Shown one piece after another: positions 55,353 through 55,415 of a DNA stretch of 55,415 nucleotides; the first letter of the stretch is position 1; every line of letters begins with the position of its first letter. The DNA is from Thiobacillus sp. (lineage in GTDB: Bacteria > Pseudomonadota > Gammaproteobacteria > Burkholderiales > Thiobacillaceae). Made by a program: the position numbers and the translations under genes. The stretch is taken from positions 1-55,415 of the forward strand of contig JAIBFE010000179.1 in NCBI GenBank assembly GCA_019459705.1, given 5' to 3'. The notes below the pieces were generated by a model. The model was not told the origin of the DNA and did not search any database. It worked only from the letters and a program-made list of their open reading frames with translations.

Positions 55353-55415
55353 CGCGCCCGTGGGTATGCAATCTGTAAACATTTTGTAGACGGCCGGGGG
55401 GGGGGCGGGGGGGGG

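Noticed and set aside
53202-55382. 726-aa minus-strand ORF and other long antisense ORFs (e.g. 12323-14185, 38674-40482, 17764-19365)
   Set aside because: Shadow frames of GC-rich genes that have clear family motifs on the other strand; they show no recognisable motifs of their own.
55396-55415. Terminal G-rich run (possible G-quadruplex or repeat)
   Set aside because: It sits at the very end of the window and is typical of poly-G read or assembly artefacts.
1-55415. tRNA/rRNA genes, CRISPR arrays, transposases, integrases, defence systems
   Set aside because: None recognised. Intergenic gaps are short, and I saw no repeat-spacer periodicity or recombinase motifs.

Overview
GC-rich betaproteobacterial DNA (Thiobacillus-like by gene content; an inference) that is almost entirely one ~52-kb surface-glycan supercluster of two convergent arms. 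The + arm (141-28295) is an exosortase A (XrtA)/PEP-CTERM-associated exopolysaccharide locus. It has a split Wzc (chain-length determinant plus tyrosine autokinase), an outer-membrane beta-barrel, an ExeA-like ATPase, WecB, a deacetylase, a FemAB-like protein, xrtA-EpsI, an amidotransferase, GT4s and an O-antigen-ligase-like protein. A tailoring extension follows: CapK-like ligase, alpha/alpha-barrel protein, formyltransferase, an inverted Cys-less AsnB-like gene, a sulfotransferase and a secreted CxxC-tail protein. The - arm (52050-28315) encodes a Wzm/Wzt ABC exporter split by a low-GC five-gene cassette, many GT2s, a GT64/EXTL-like GT, an FG-GAP/ASPIC lipoprotein, a second alpha/alpha-barrel paralog, a second WecB, a second sulfotransferase and a 1036-aa GT2-membrane-sulfatase-like fusion. 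aroB, dgt and a DUF4394-like gene close the window, which ends in poly-G. The best candidate novel system is a sigma-54-driven pathway for a sulfated, possibly glycosaminoglycan-like glycan tied to PEP-CTERM protein sorting. Non-coding signals: five intergenic sigma-54-type motifs, a decayed copy of part of wzm, a long imperfect hairpin and a possible mscS 5' stub. Family names come from motif recognition and recall; no searches were run.
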